The translations under genes were made by a program, and so were the position numbers. Shown here one piece after another: positions 23,201-34,975 of a stretch of 64,000 nucleotides of DNA. The notes beneath the pieces were generated by a model, which did no database searches, was not told where the DNA came from, and saw only the letters and a program-made list of their open reading frames with translations. Position 1 is the stretch's first letter. Each line of letters starts with the position of its first letter. The DNA is taken from contig JAUCBJ010001095.1 in assembly GCA_032718475.1 (NCBI GenBank), positions 1 through 64,000 of the forward strand, in the 5' to 3' direction. Source of the DNA: Nemertoderma westbladi. Lineage: Eukaryota > Animalia > Xenacoelomorpha.

Positions 23201-24668
23201 AAATAAATAAATCATACTTTGATACGGTAGAGAAGAAATCTGGATCGGATATTGAAGAAGTTAGACCTTCCACATTTAAGTAACCAACTAAAAAATTGTT
23301 TGGTAAGGTTACATTGTCAACCGGTAGCGTGGAAGCATCACCATGGTTTTTTGGTGTAATGAAATCTAATCGGGTGGGAATCCCACTGTTTTGGCAAAAC
23401 CCTGAGATGCTGGTACAATAATACTAGTGCTTGGCGGTTCTACACCGGCATCGCTACGCACCGGGGGACTAGCGGAGGGTTGATAAGCACAATTTCGCAA
23501 CTCGTATCTACTATTAGCACCAGCTGCAGTAACCACATTTTTGGAACGTGACTTACTGCTTTTTGATTTCCCCTTTAACTTTATTTTTAATCTAGCCCCA
23601 CCGGATAACGGTTCTAAATCAGCAGTATCAGAACTATTCTCGATCATACTGTTAAATAGCGCAAACCTATTCTGAGTAGAAACGTTTACCATCACATCAC
23701 TACTATAACATATACTTATTCAGTAGCCTTGACTCACCTCCCCTCCACCTCCCTAATTTTTCTTAAAAACAAGAGTGGAGCCTTCGGTGCTTCGTGTTTC
23801 ACGTTTACTTTAATTTTATGACATTGGGTATTGGGTAGAACAAGTTTCAGTTAAACAGTATTAACCCTCTACTGCCCCCCGTTCCACCAGTGTAACGTAC
23901 CAGACACAGTGGCTTCCTGCAACTCTAAAAGTCCTATTGCGCGGAATCTAATAGGTTAAAATCGTAGCATAGATGTTAGGCAATTCAAAAAACCATAGGT
24001 TTCCTTTTGGTGGAAAATTTAGAATTAGTTGACTTATGGTATGTTTTATAGCAAAAGTCCAGATTACTCCAATACAACTCGCAATACCGGTCTTTGACCC
24101 CAAAAAAATATTTTTGACTGTGAAAGTATACTGAGTATCCAAAATATCAAAAATGGATATTTTCATAATATTATTGAAAAACCGTATGCTGCACCAGTGC
24201 AACATTGGATTGGGCAGTTACAGTATAGTAATTACATACGTAATATTGTTATGAATCGGCATACATAGTTGCAATTGTAGGAATTGGGGCGTAATTATTA
24301 GAGCACCCGGTCTCTCATTTCAGTGTCCGGTTACAAATCGGAGCACCTGTTTACATATCAGAGCAGCACATGGTTACGAATTTCAGTGGCAAGTTACAAA
24401 TTTAAGTATCTGGTAACGATTTGTGGCGTGCCTGTTTATGAATCTCGTGTTGCGTGCAACGAACCCTTAAGATGTTACCAAAAAATTATTTTTGAACTTT
24501 TTAAAATTATGCTTATATAGGAGATAATTACAACTAAAAATGTTTTCTGAAAAGTAATAATTCGGTAAGTAAAGGGTGATGGTATTACATTACTTATCTA
24601 TTACCGCTACATACAGCTGTAAAATTCAATCTAGAGTTAAGAATCATATGTGTTATAACAACAGGCTG

Positions 24669-27600
24669 TCAATTAGTCTTATTACTTCTTTCTTCAATAA
24701 CATCTTTGATTGTTTTAAGCCGCTTCAAATGACCCACCCCCAAACGGTGGTCCTGCGCAAGTTTCAGCGAAGATAACGCCACATCACAAAAGCTGCAGTC
24801 GAACGAGAGTCCCTCCGTTGAACTGAATGCATCTGGGTTTAATACAGGATCCTTATCCAAATATTCCTGCACGTAGGCCAATAACTTCATCCGTTTAGCT
24901 CCTACGGGTTTGGACTCGTTAGCCGATGATACTGGGTTACCCGTTGCTGGGTCACCTCTTGCTGGTTTACCCGCTTTGGTCTGTGGATTCTCATCGGATT
25001 TCAACAACTCCGCCACATACTTCTTCTTTTTTAGGTGAGTCTTGCTTGATAGGTGTTGTTGTACCGCATCTGGGTATTTGCATACACTCGCGCAGAGCTC
25101 GCACACCCATATATAGGAGCCATCCACGGACCTCATACTCCGCAAACTGCTGGTCTCGCTAAGCGCACCGGCACACTTTGGTATGGATTCCGATTGGGGA
25201 ACAACCATTCGCCCAGTAATGGCCTTCGTAAGTTTTACGCGCTTCGCGTGTTTCATCCCGTTGAAATGGGTATCAGCCATTTCCTTAGAGTTGAATCCAA
25301 TGTTACAAACTGTACAATATTTGAAGTATTTCTTGGGGATATCGAGGAGCTCCGATTCATTCACTACGGATGACTTCTCATCACCTTTACCGATTATTTC
25401 AGTGACGTATTTCCCTTTCCTATTAGAAATACCAGATGTTGATGGCATTCCTGTGTCTCCTCCTTTAGGATTTGTCACAGGTACAACGTCAACATCCGTA
25501 TTCTTTGATGAAGCTTTACTTTTCACTCGGTTATTCGGATCTCGATAAAATGACTCTAACTGTTTAAATCGATCTTCCACTTCCAACGGTGGGCCATCAC
25601 TATAATCTGAGTCATCTCTATATATTCCGTGTGGGTCGGTTTCATTCATTCCTATTATTGCATCTTCACGCGAACTCAGACCAGATGATTTGGGTTTTAT
25701 AGACCTATCATATCGTTCTCTTTCCCTTGAGAAATCTCGTGTTTTCATAGATTGACCATATAGTTCTCTCTCTCTTGAGAAATCTCGTCTTATCTGAGAA
25801 TTCTCGTAACGTTCGTTATCTCTTGAGAAACCCCTGGTTCTCATATAGTTATCATGTGCAGGTGGTTCTTCGTCTCTTGAGAGATCTCGTTTTCTCATTG
25901 ATCTATCATATGTATCTATATCGCTTGAGAAATCTAGTGTTCTCTGAGATTTATCATATGGTACTACATCTCTTGAGAAATCTCGTTTTCTCATAGATCT
26001 ATCATATGGTTCTCCATCATTTGAGAAATCTCGTGATGTTCTCTGAGATGTATCATATGGTTCTCCATCATTTGAGAAATCTCGTGATGTTCTCTGAGAT
26101 GTATCATATGGTTCTACATCTCTTGAGAAATCTCGTTTTCTCATAGATCTATCATATGGTTCTCTATAACTCGAGAAATCTCGTGTTCTCTGAGATTTAT
26201 CATATTGTTCTACATCTCTTGAGAAATCTCGTTTTCTCATAAATCTATCATATGGTTCTCTATCACTTGAGAAATCTCGTGTTCTCTGAGAATTATCATA
26301 TGGTTCTCTATCTCTTGAGAAATCTCGTATTCTCATAGAGCTATCATATGGATCTCTATCACTTGAGAAATCTTGTTTTCTAACAGAGCTATTATAAGGT
26401 TCCCTTTCTCTTGAGAAATCTTCCGTTCTGCTATATTTATTATATGGTTCGATATCACTTGAGATATGTCTGGTTCTAATATATTTATCATATTGTTCTA
26501 CATCTCTTGACAATTTCCGAGAACTTTCTGGTCTATAAACTACAGGATCTATATTTACTGGTATTTCAGGATATCTCAATGATTCATCCGATTGCCTCCT
26601 GCACAGTGATGAGGCTCTCACTCCGACAGATCTGTCATTAAATTCTACATCTTTTATAAACTTTGGTGTTCTTATATTCCTATCTCTATCTCTAACCCTT
26701 AGCAAATCTTGATTAACGATACGTTTCTCCCAAGACTCGTTATATTCAGATATATCTCTGGTTCTTAAAAAACTATCACTAAGTTTCTCCGATTCCCCCC
26801 ATGAACTCCCTGACATTTGATACGACCCTTCACTTGTATTTGTACTAGGTGACCTCTCTCGAGTTCTTTTAGATCTATGGTGTGATACTGCAACGGAATC
26901 GTATGACGTATCTCTGGTTCTCTTTCGACAAAATCGTTCTATATCCATTGAGGTCTCAGTGGTTTCTTTTGGCAAATCATATTGTTCTCTACTTGTTAAC
27001 CTGCCTTTAGCTCGTTGTGATCGCGGAAACGGATCCCTATTAATCCCAGACGACTTTCTCTTTGATTTTAATTTAATCTGATGTTCTGATTGTCGATATC
27101 TTAACGTGTCATTGATTATTATTCTTGCATTCTTCCCTTCCATAGTAATCAGTTCATTCCTCTGACTAAGTCCATATTTCCGACTCGTTAATAAATGTGT
27201 ATCAATCGTTTTTGGTATTGCAGAGTCGCCTCTACCATCCACATAATACATGATATCATTGTCAATGTTAGATGCAGTACTGCTATTACCAGATCTGCTG
27301 ATTTCCTTTGAACTAACAGGTAAACCTAATAATTTATTCTTGTAAGCTGAGGTATAAAAATGTGTAGATTTGCTTTCATTTGGGTCAATAGGTTTACCAC
27401 CATGACTATCCTTACAGCTCTGACTGGTCTGTACTTCAACCCCCAAATTAACTTCGGGTACCGGTAAGCTATCACCTGGAATACACGGATTTGTATTTCC
27501 CGGAATGCACAGACCTTTATTTCCCAGAATACACGGATCTTTATTTTCCGGAATACACGGATATTTATTTCCCGGAATATACGGATCTTTATTTCCAGGA

Positions 27601-28424
27601 ATACACGGATCTTTATTTCCATCTTTATTTCCCTTGTAATAAATATTCGATGAATGAATCTCATCATCAAATACATGAAATGGAGTTAACGATATAATAT
27701 TTGAATTAGTGTTGGTTCTTCCACTGACATTTACTGATTCAATAATATTACTTCCAATTAAAGATACATTATTTACAGTTTCCATATGATGCTCAGAGTG
27801 AAGAGCACGATCTTGGTGATTAATCACCTTTTCTTTATAAGTTTCATTATCTTGTGCCGATTCGTTGAATCTCGGAACCAAAATCTGGTAATTTGCTACC
27901 CGTACATCACTGTCATGTCTCATATTATTTAGCGGCTCTGGACAATTATTTTTTTCTTCATCAATTAATAGACACCCCTCTTCCTCTTGCAGTTCATCAT
28001 ATTGTGATATAGATTTAAATTGCATAGCTCGCTGCAATAAATTATCTATAGATGAAGCGAGATTCTGTGCGCCGCCAGTTAATTCATCACCCTGTATGTT
28101 CTCACTAGGTAGATTATCAATATCGTATGTTATAGAACTGAAACCCCCAGGTTCTTCACATGCAGGACTTTTGCTGCCATTGATGTCACATTGCCCATAA
28201 TGAGAGCTAAAGTCCTGTACAGAAGATTTGGAAGGGTGTAATAAGCCAGTTGTAGCTGATGTAATCTTCTGGTGAACAACGGTACTCTTTGCGCTTTGTT
28301 CAGATTCTTCCAGTGTGTGATTTCCACTCGATCTTAGCCACTCGATTTGTTCCTGTATCAACTTATGTTTCTGTAATAAAGTAAGATACTGTTTTTTTTT
28401 CACCTCAGAATCCCCCCTATCCAT
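24669..28424 (-). CDS. 1251-aa low-complexity protein with three C-terminal U1/matrin-type C2H2 zinc fingers, single coding exon
   Basis: CTVC..HFNGMKH, CELC..HLSSKTH and CSFC..HRLGVGH. The long uninterrupted frame is maintained through two coding tandem repeats. Confidence 0.85.
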   Translation of the reverse strand: MDRGDSEVKKKQYLTLLQKHKLIQEQIEWLRSSGNHTLEESEQSAKSTVVHQKITSATTGLLHPSKSSVQDFSSHYGQCDINGSKSPACEEPGGFSSITYDIDNLPSENIQGDELTGGAQNLASSIDNLLQRAMQFKSISQYDELQEEEGCLLIDEEKNNCPEPLNNMRHDSDVRVANYQILVPRFNESAQDNETYKEKVINHQDRALHSEHHMETVNNVSLIGSNIIESVNVSGRTNTNSNIISLTPFHVFDDEIHSSNIYYKGNKDGNKDPCIPGNKDPYIPGNKYPCIPENKDPCILGNKGLCIPGNTNPCIPGDSLPVPEVNLGVEVQTSQSCKDSHGGKPIDPNESKSTHFYTSAYKNKLLGLPVSSKEISRSGNSSTASNIDNDIMYYVDGRGDSAIPKTIDTHLLTSRKYGLSQRNELITMEGKNARIIINDTLRYRQSEHQIKLKSKRKSSGINRDPFPRSQRAKGRLTSREQYDLPKETTETSMDIERFCRKRTRDTSYDSVAVSHHRSKRTRERSPSTNTSEGSYQMSGSSWGESEKLSDSFLRTRDISEYNESWEKRIVNQDLLRVRDRDRNIRTPKFIKDVEFNDRSVGVRASSLCRRQSDESLRYPEIPVNIDPVVYRPESSRKLSRDVEQYDKYIRTRHISSDIEPYNKYSRTEDFSREREPYNSSVRKQDFSSDRDPYDSSMRIRDFSRDREPYDNSQRTRDFSSDREPYDRFMRKRDFSRDVEQYDKSQRTRDFSSYREPYDRSMRKRDFSRDVEPYDTSQRTSRDFSNDGEPYDTSQRTSRDFSNDGEPYDRSMRKRDFSRDVVPYDKSQRTLDFSSDIDTYDRSMRKRDLSRDEEPPAHDNYMRTRGFSRDNERYENSQIRRDFSRERELYGQSMKTRDFSRERERYDRSIKPKSSGLSSREDAIIGMNETDPHGIYRDDSDYSDGPPLEVEDRFKQLESFYRDPNNRVKSKASSKNTDVDVVPVTNPKGGDTGMPSTSGISNRKGKYVTEIIGKGDEKSSVVNESELLDIPKKYFKYCTVCNIGFNSKEMADTHFNGMKHAKRVKLTKAITGRMVVPQSESIPKCAGALSETSSLRSMRSVDGSYIWVCELCASVCKYPDAVQQHLSSKTHLKKKKYVAELLKSDENPQTKAGKPARGDPATGNPVSSANESKPVGAKRMKLLAYVQEYLDKDPVLNPDAFSSTEGLSFDCSFCDVALSSLKLAQDHRLGVGHLKRLKTIKDVIEERSNKTN
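25700..26510 (-). repeat. Coding tandem repeat, about 51 bp (17 aa, RDFSRDxEPYDxSxRx), roughly 15 copies
   Basis: TTGAGAAATCTCGT...ATCATATGGTTCT recurs at about 51-54 bp spacing. Confidence 0.9.
27475..27632 (-). repeat. Coding tandem repeat, 24 bp (8 aa, GNKDPCIP), about 6-7 copies
   Basis: GGAATACACGGATCTTTATTTCC repeated. Confidence 0.9.
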
Positions 28425-29765
28425 ATCCTCCTGTTACCATTCAAGTTGAACTTGAATATTTTATTACAAATCTGTTTAAGTTTATATATATAACAATAAT
28501 ATCTAAGAATGTATAAATATAATTTAACAGCGGAAACTATCTGATTAGGCTATATAAACGACTCTACGAATTAATTAATTTCTTAAGAGGCCTAGACCTA
28601 GAATACGGAATTAGTATGGTTATATGACAGCTGACCACCCCCCCCCCCCCCCCCCCCCCCCAGAACTACAGTGAAATAGAGTGAGTCAGTACAGGCAGAC
28701 AGGTAAGGTATAGTATCCTCAGTTAGTAAGTAGAAGTTAATGGCCTGACCTTTAAAATTAATAAAATAAATTAAGGTTACGGGCATTACAGCGGCGGATA
28801 TTTCTAATCAAAAGAATAAACGATAAGAATACAGGTTACAGTTTTATTGTTGCTCTGCTTGACTGCTTGAGGGACTTTCGTTTTTAGTTTTAGTTAGAAA
28901 AGCCAGCCCTGGGTAACAGACGTTTCGGTATAAGACTACTATTTAAGGCTACCTACGTCTAGGACGTTTGGGCCCAATGAGTGAATTATATAAGATTTGC
29001 TTGTGGGACGTAGCCAGAGATTCACTTACTACCTAGAACGCTAGAAGCTATATAGTATAGAAAAATAAGATTTGCAATAAACTAAATTATTGCGGGATAT
29101 TGTTCGTCTAACTGTTAATTTGCGCTATGCTCCCTTCGCGTTCAAGATGTTCGAATATCGAATATACGCGATAATAGGCCTATATGATACAAATAATATA
29201 TGTTCTTATTGTTTTTTTCTGTAATCTAACTCTAAATCATACCTTATACTTCTATGTTTTAAACAGTATTATCTTGTGGGGTTCTATCACATTTAGGCAC
29301 AGTGACAAACACCTTTCCCCAGTGGCCATTTTTGGACCGATTTCTCAAATTTCACACAGCAGTGCACTCCCTGACCTATGTGTAACTTGATAGAAAAAAA
29401 ACAGTCACGTCGCAGTTTTTGGCAAGTTGCTAGCAAGGGGAGAGAGGTTAGCAACAACAAGTTGCAGTTCGTTGCGTTCCTTGGTAACTGTGCCCAGAAG
29501 CACACAACCGTCAAACCAATCGTGGCATGGCTTCAAGTTGCCCGGAAATTCAAGCGGGATGACGCGAGCGAGAAAGTTGCAATTCTTCCAATAGGTTTAG
29601 TTGAAATTGTGGCCCATACAGCCATACTTGTTGCATGTAATTATAATTTTTAGTTAATTTCATACTTTTAAATAATAAAACTTAAAATATAATTATGTTG
29701 TGAATTACTTTACAGTAATTTGTCTCGGCATTTTATACTAAGTACAGTATTATTCATGTAATCAA

Positions 29766-32044
29766 TAGGGTTGACTATTCAAATTCCGGACAAAATTTCA
29801 TATTTTTTTTAATTTGGGACACTTTAAGTTGCTTTAATCCTTCATATTATGTTTGCATCTGTACAAGATGCTATTGTAGTTCACTATAAAACCAAATTGT
29901 TACCACTCAGTTCAACTGTTTAGTTGTAACTGGGTGGTTTTCATTTTATAAATTGACTGTCCGGATATTTGACTACCTGGTAAAATACCGGACATGTATA
30001 TAATTCCGGACAATGCCTTTTATTATTTGATGTGAGAGTTGATGTGAGGGTTGATATTAGGGCCTATTTTAATAATTAAATTAAACTTTATTTCCATTAG
30101 TTTAGGTATCTGGGTGTATTACATAGGGCCTACAGCCATATTTTACTCCATGTACTCAGTTCTGAAGTTATGCAATGCTTATGTTTTGCATACCAACCCC
30201 AGATAGGGGGCCCATGTAAAGAATACCAGACTTTCTGCCGTTATATTTCACTTTGCAGTAACCCCCATGTGAAGAATACCAGGTTTTCACCAAAAACACA
30301 GATTACAGGAGGGCTGAATCTAACCAAAACAATAAACGAATTAGTATATGTACAGGGTAGGCTATAAGACAGAAATAAGCGGTATAAAACACTTAATAAA
30401 GATATATTTAAAAAAAATAAAAAATCTTCATATATAAAATTCCAATAAAAAGTCGACCGAAAAGTTAAATCCTGGCGCCTGGTATTCTTCGCATGGGCGG
30501 GATAGGGGGTGGGGGGAATGAAATTGAATGAAATTGTCGAATGAAATTCGACAGAAATAACAGTTCGATTACTCCCATAAATAAAACTATAACCTGTTCT
30601 ATTGTGTTCCATTTATTGTTTTGGTTAGAAATACGTGTCACTATAATCTGCTCATTCGAGTCATTTGACATTGCCCTAAATTGAGAATTTAACATTGAAG
30701 CGAAATATTCATTCACCAAGATGGGATTTGCGAAAAGTTAGCAGTTGCTGATAATTGAAACTATTATAAATTAAACAAAGTTGTTCTAGAGTTACTACAG
30801 TCTGACAGTGCTATGGTTGTTGGCAGACATTACATGGATTGGAAATATCACCAGACGCATTCCTTTATGACGTGGATTAGTTGGTCTCGGTTTAGTCAGT
30901 CAGTGGCCAACCACAATCACCAATATATATCAGAGTCACTCAGTCACTACATATTTCTCAATGTTTGGATCAATTATCGATGGGGCTCCTCTCCCAAATT
31001 GTCTATTTGACGATTTATAGAATTTAACCTGTATCTCGCGGTTATAACCCAGCGTCATCGTAATAGGTACCGCCTATAATATATATGATACACCTACTGG
31101 AATATATATAATATATATATTTCTGTAGTTATGCCTAAAGCATTCAAGGGTCTGCTGGCTAGCTGGCTTATAAAAAGTACTGTTTAGACATATCACAAAA
31201 GATAGATAAGTAGGTTTGGGGAGCCTTTATTGGTAATAATAATAAGCAAACAATTTATGCAATAGGCAATCAACAGCTAGCAACTTTTGAAAATTTGGTG
31301 ATGCTTGAATCTGTCTATGCAGTCCTGCAAAAGCGAAGGCGGCTCCGCCCTAGAGTCAAGCTAGGGGAGATTGATGGAACACCTCCAATTTTGTATAGAG
31401 TCTGATTAGAGATGTGTTCATTGTACTTGAAACAATGAACCCGGCGCAGCATTCTTGTGAAAGTACCATCCAGATATTTGGTATCCTCAGCAGTTAGAGC
31501 TCAGCATGGACTCCCATAAGAGTAATGGCACTATTGCTGCTCTAAACAATCGAACCTTAAGGTTATGTTTTATTCTATCAGTCTATGGGACTTCCAATTC
31601 ATGGACAGACTATTTAACGCTGCGCCCATGCCTTCCCCTTACGTATCCGAAGGTCTTCACCTGACTTTCTGATCCATGATCCCAAGTAACAGAAGTCATA
31701 CACGTGCTCAAGAAGGTTCCGTTGCGTTTGTCCGTAGAGCTTGTGCCCTTACGATCAGACATTTCTTGAGGGCTGTCTAGGTTGACTGTGATTATTTTGG
31801 TCTTCTTGGAATTTACAAAAAGACCAGACACTAGAAGCAACCTGCTCCAATTGGCAGAGAAGCCTTTGGGCTCCCTCTAGTGATTCTGACAGTACCTCTA
31901 AGTCATCAGTGATCAAAGTCTATAGGCTATTGTACAAAGTCAGATATTAATTCTATAGTTTGTACCAATGAAATTTAAATTTGTCCGTAATTTGACCATG
32001 GTGTCCGGAATTTGATTTGTCCGGAATTTGAAGAGTTAACCCTA
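29766..32044. mobile_element. Non-autonomous TIR DNA transposon (hAT/Blackjack-like termini), 2279 bp
   Basis: TIR TAGGGTTGACTATTCAAATTCCGGACAAA vs TTTGTCCGGAATTTGAAGAGTTAACCCTA, with subterminal TCCGGA repeats. It interrupts a repeat whose intact copy is at 32460-32890. No clear 8-bp TSD. Confidence 0.8.
31290..31920 (-). mobile_element. Degenerate RTE-clade LINE fragment inside the TIR element
   Basis: Frameshifted readings GLFVNSKKTKI, KVRLFRAAIVPLLL, YLDGTFTRMLRRV and EHISNQTLY. Confidence 0.75.
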
Positions 32045-32890
32045 TATAATTAATCAATTTTTAATAATAGTTTTTTTTAGTAAATTATGTAATTTTTAAT
32101 TAATCGATCATTTTTTAGTACGTTTTTTAAGTCAAATTATTAAGCAATTATTATATTACAGTATTACAGTGCATATTTTTTAGGAATTGTGACATTTTGT
32201 ACAATAATAAATCAATTTGCAGTTTGTGCCATTTATTAATACATAGTTAATTAGCAGTTTTAGTTAATTAGGTAATTATATGCAATATTACAGTGCAATG
32301 TATGCAAAGCAGGTATTGTTATTTACTACTGTACTATTACAATTGGCATTTCGAAAAAAGCCATAAACCCTCATCAACTCATGTGGAGTTGCACACGCAT
32401 CAGATGCGGAAGCGGCAATCTCTCTGCCCGCCCTGACGATGAATATTTTTGATGATATATTTTTAAATAATATAACTTACAATACAATTATGTTGTGAAT
32501 TACTTTACAGTAATTTGTTGCTGTGTTGTGGCATTTTATATTAGGTCAGTAAGTATTATTCATGTAATCAATAATTAATAAATTTTTAATAATAGTTTTT
32601 TTTAGTTAATTATGTAATTTATAAGGCCTACTAAGTAATTTTTATCGATCATTTTTTAGTACAATTTTTTTAGTACACCTCAAATTATTATTCAGTTATT
32701 AAGTAATTATTATATTACAGTGCATATTTTTAGGAATTGTGGCATTTTGTACAATAATAAATCAATTTGCAGTTTGTGCCATTTATTAATACATAGTTAA
32801 TTAGCAGTTGTAGTTAATTGGGTAATTATTTGCAATATTTCATGCTAATCAAGTATTGTTATCATTACTACAGTACTACTATTAATAAAT
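32045..32890. repeat. AT-rich direct duplication of about 430 bp (first copy split: 29660-29765 plus 32045-32340; second copy 32460-32890)
   Basis: Shared ATTATGTTGTGAATTACTTTACAGTAATTTG and GTACAATAATAAATCAATTTGCAGTTTGTGCCATTTATTAATACATAG. Confidence 0.8.
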
Positions 32891-33061
32891 AAATAAAACG
32901 TTAATAAATAAACTTACAAATAATTAGATTCCTTAATAAGGTCATATAGACGGATAGAGGAATCAACAAACAACAAACTTTGAATATGAGTGGTTTGCTA
33001 TGGACGTAGCTGAATCAACAAACTTTTGAAAAAAGTATAAGTGGTTCGCCATGGGCATAGG

Positions 33062-34975
33062 CAGTCGGTGAGAAGTCAAAAATTGGACTTAAGTCCAAAA
33101 TTGGACTTCGACTCCATTTCAAGTCCAAAATTGGACTTCTGTGAGTCCAATATTGGACTTCAAATCAGCCAATTGTTCCAGGGCCTTGGGTAATTGGATC
33201 GGGCGGGATTTTTTTTTATTAATCGAAAATATATCAAAAAATAAGAGTTTTGAACAGGGGGACCTGAAATTCACCAGGGGGAACTTTTTTTATAAGGCTT
33301 TGAATTTTTACAAAAGTCCAATATTGGACTTTAAGTCTAATTTTGGACGTGACATTGAGAATCAAACTTAAAGGTACATGAAGCATGACAGATGAGAGAC
33401 AGCCAGACAGCTATTAAGTTATGGAAAGTTACCTTTGCAGCTCTATATGTATCTTCAGTGTACTGTACTTAGAATATAGGCTAAATGGTACATTCTAGCA
33501 TTCTAGGTACTGCTACTTTGTACTTTAATTTTAGCGTATTGTTTACATTCATGTTATGTCTAACCTTACAGCCTTATGTACCCAGGGCCAGGATTTTAGA
33601 GCAGTAGAGTCTTTATGACTAGATTAGATTATGCTCCAACAAATATTTAATTACAAATTATATTTGGTGGAAACTGGTAGCAATGCCAGGTTTGCCAACT
33701 GCAGCTGCTGCTAAGGCTAACTACAGTACAAGCTACGATTTCGTCTAAGCCTATGGGAGCCCAATCAGAAAGAAATACTACAAGTTGATACTACCACCAT
33801 CTCTTATAATTTTTCCATACAACAGGCAGACAGGAAGGGTGTTTTAAAACAGCTGTATAATGAAAGGGGATTAGTAACTGATTAACGTGTTGGGGTCTCC
33901 ACATAATAAGTACAGAAGTAAGAAGTAACACACGTCATAATTATAAACCAATTGGGGAAAGGAACAGGTTACAGAGGCAGGCTTTTCTAACTAAAACAAT
34001 AAACGGCCACTTTTGACTTTACCAATTGAAGGAGCCTTATCACCTCACCACATACTACTACTCTGCTACTACCTGTACTACAATCGGCATGCTGCATTAC
34101 AGCTGCATTATATATATAGACCCTATTACTGTATTAAGAATGCTGTGCCGGCTTGTTGACAAAAGTGCGCCTCCACAACTCCCTTACACTCTTACAGCCT
34201 TATCACCCATGACATTTGCTAGATCATCCGCATTTTCAAGGCCAGTTGCCAGTGTCCTTTAAGACAGTAAGAAAGATGCGTCTCAAGAAAGTCATGGGCT
34301 GTCCACCATGCTTATTCACTCCTTGAGGTGCACTGGCTGGTCCTCACGGCTTAAAAGCGATGTCCTGCAAAGCGGAGGCGACTTTGTTCTAGTGTCAAGC
34401 TTGGGGGAACCAATGACTGAATGAGACACCTCCAACCACAATGTTATATAGTGTCTGGTTGGAGATGCAGAGATGTGCTGTGTATATTGTACTTGACACA
34501 GTGAACCTAATCAAAACAATTAGTCAATAAACATTAACTCAATTACATAATAGGTTACAGTTTTCAGTAGTCTTATTTTTGCCATACGAAAATACCACAG
34601 GTATGGGTATGAATGAACTATAAAGCTATAACTCAACTACTGCTACTGCGGTATACACCGCTAAGGCAGTAAGGCTACCGCAAAGCCATACCACTACCGC
34701 AAAAAGTAACTACTGATGTCTGACTGTACGTGTGCGATCCCTGCTTATAATACTTATAATAATTAATTTGATCATTAAAATGATGTTGCATTGTAATTAT
34801 GTAATATATATGTACTGATACGGGATGCAGTTTTGATTTAAATACCGATATACAGTATGGCAGCATGGGTACACTTGGAGTTGTACTAAAGTCCAATATT
34901 GGACTTTGGAGTCAAAAATTGGACTTGAAGTCTAAAATTGGACTTGAAGTCCAATTTTTGACTTCTCACCGACTG
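33062..34975. mobile_element. Non-autonomous TIR DNA transposon with 5-bp TSD (hAT5-like), 1914 bp
   Basis: Perfect 29-bp TIR CAGTCGGTGAGAAGTCAAAAATTGGACTT, TSD ATAGG (33057-33061 and 34976-34980), and arrays of the palindrome AAGTCCAAWWTTGGACTT at both ends. Confidence 0.9.
34270..34506 (-). mobile_element. RTE-clade LINE fragment carried inside the TIR element
   Basis: GTCCTGCAAAGCGGAGG...GTACTTGACACAGTGAA is homologous to 11190-11325. Confidence 0.7.

Larger units (their letters stand above)
18984..23700 (-). mobile_element. Frameshifted APE-RT non-LTR retrotransposon (RTEX-like C-terminus) with (TAA)n tail
   Basis: Endonuclease (NVEGL, SETWL, IYIPP, GDLNSRTG, SIDY), RT (FRGISLL, QAGFR, FIDFQKAFDS, GVRQGECLSPLLF, YADD) and C-terminal CQLC..EDEYHFVLKC, split over ORFs 22740-23273, 21182-22660, 20782-21114, 20466-20774, 20188-20469 and 19288-19671. 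(TTA)n at 18984-19004. The 5' limit and clade are approximate. Confidence 0.9.

Noticed and set aside
23861-24225. piggyBac-like MITE (TTAA-CCCTCTACTGCCC ... GGGCAGT)
   Set aside because: The right terminus is too degenerate and there is no second TTAA to confirm it.
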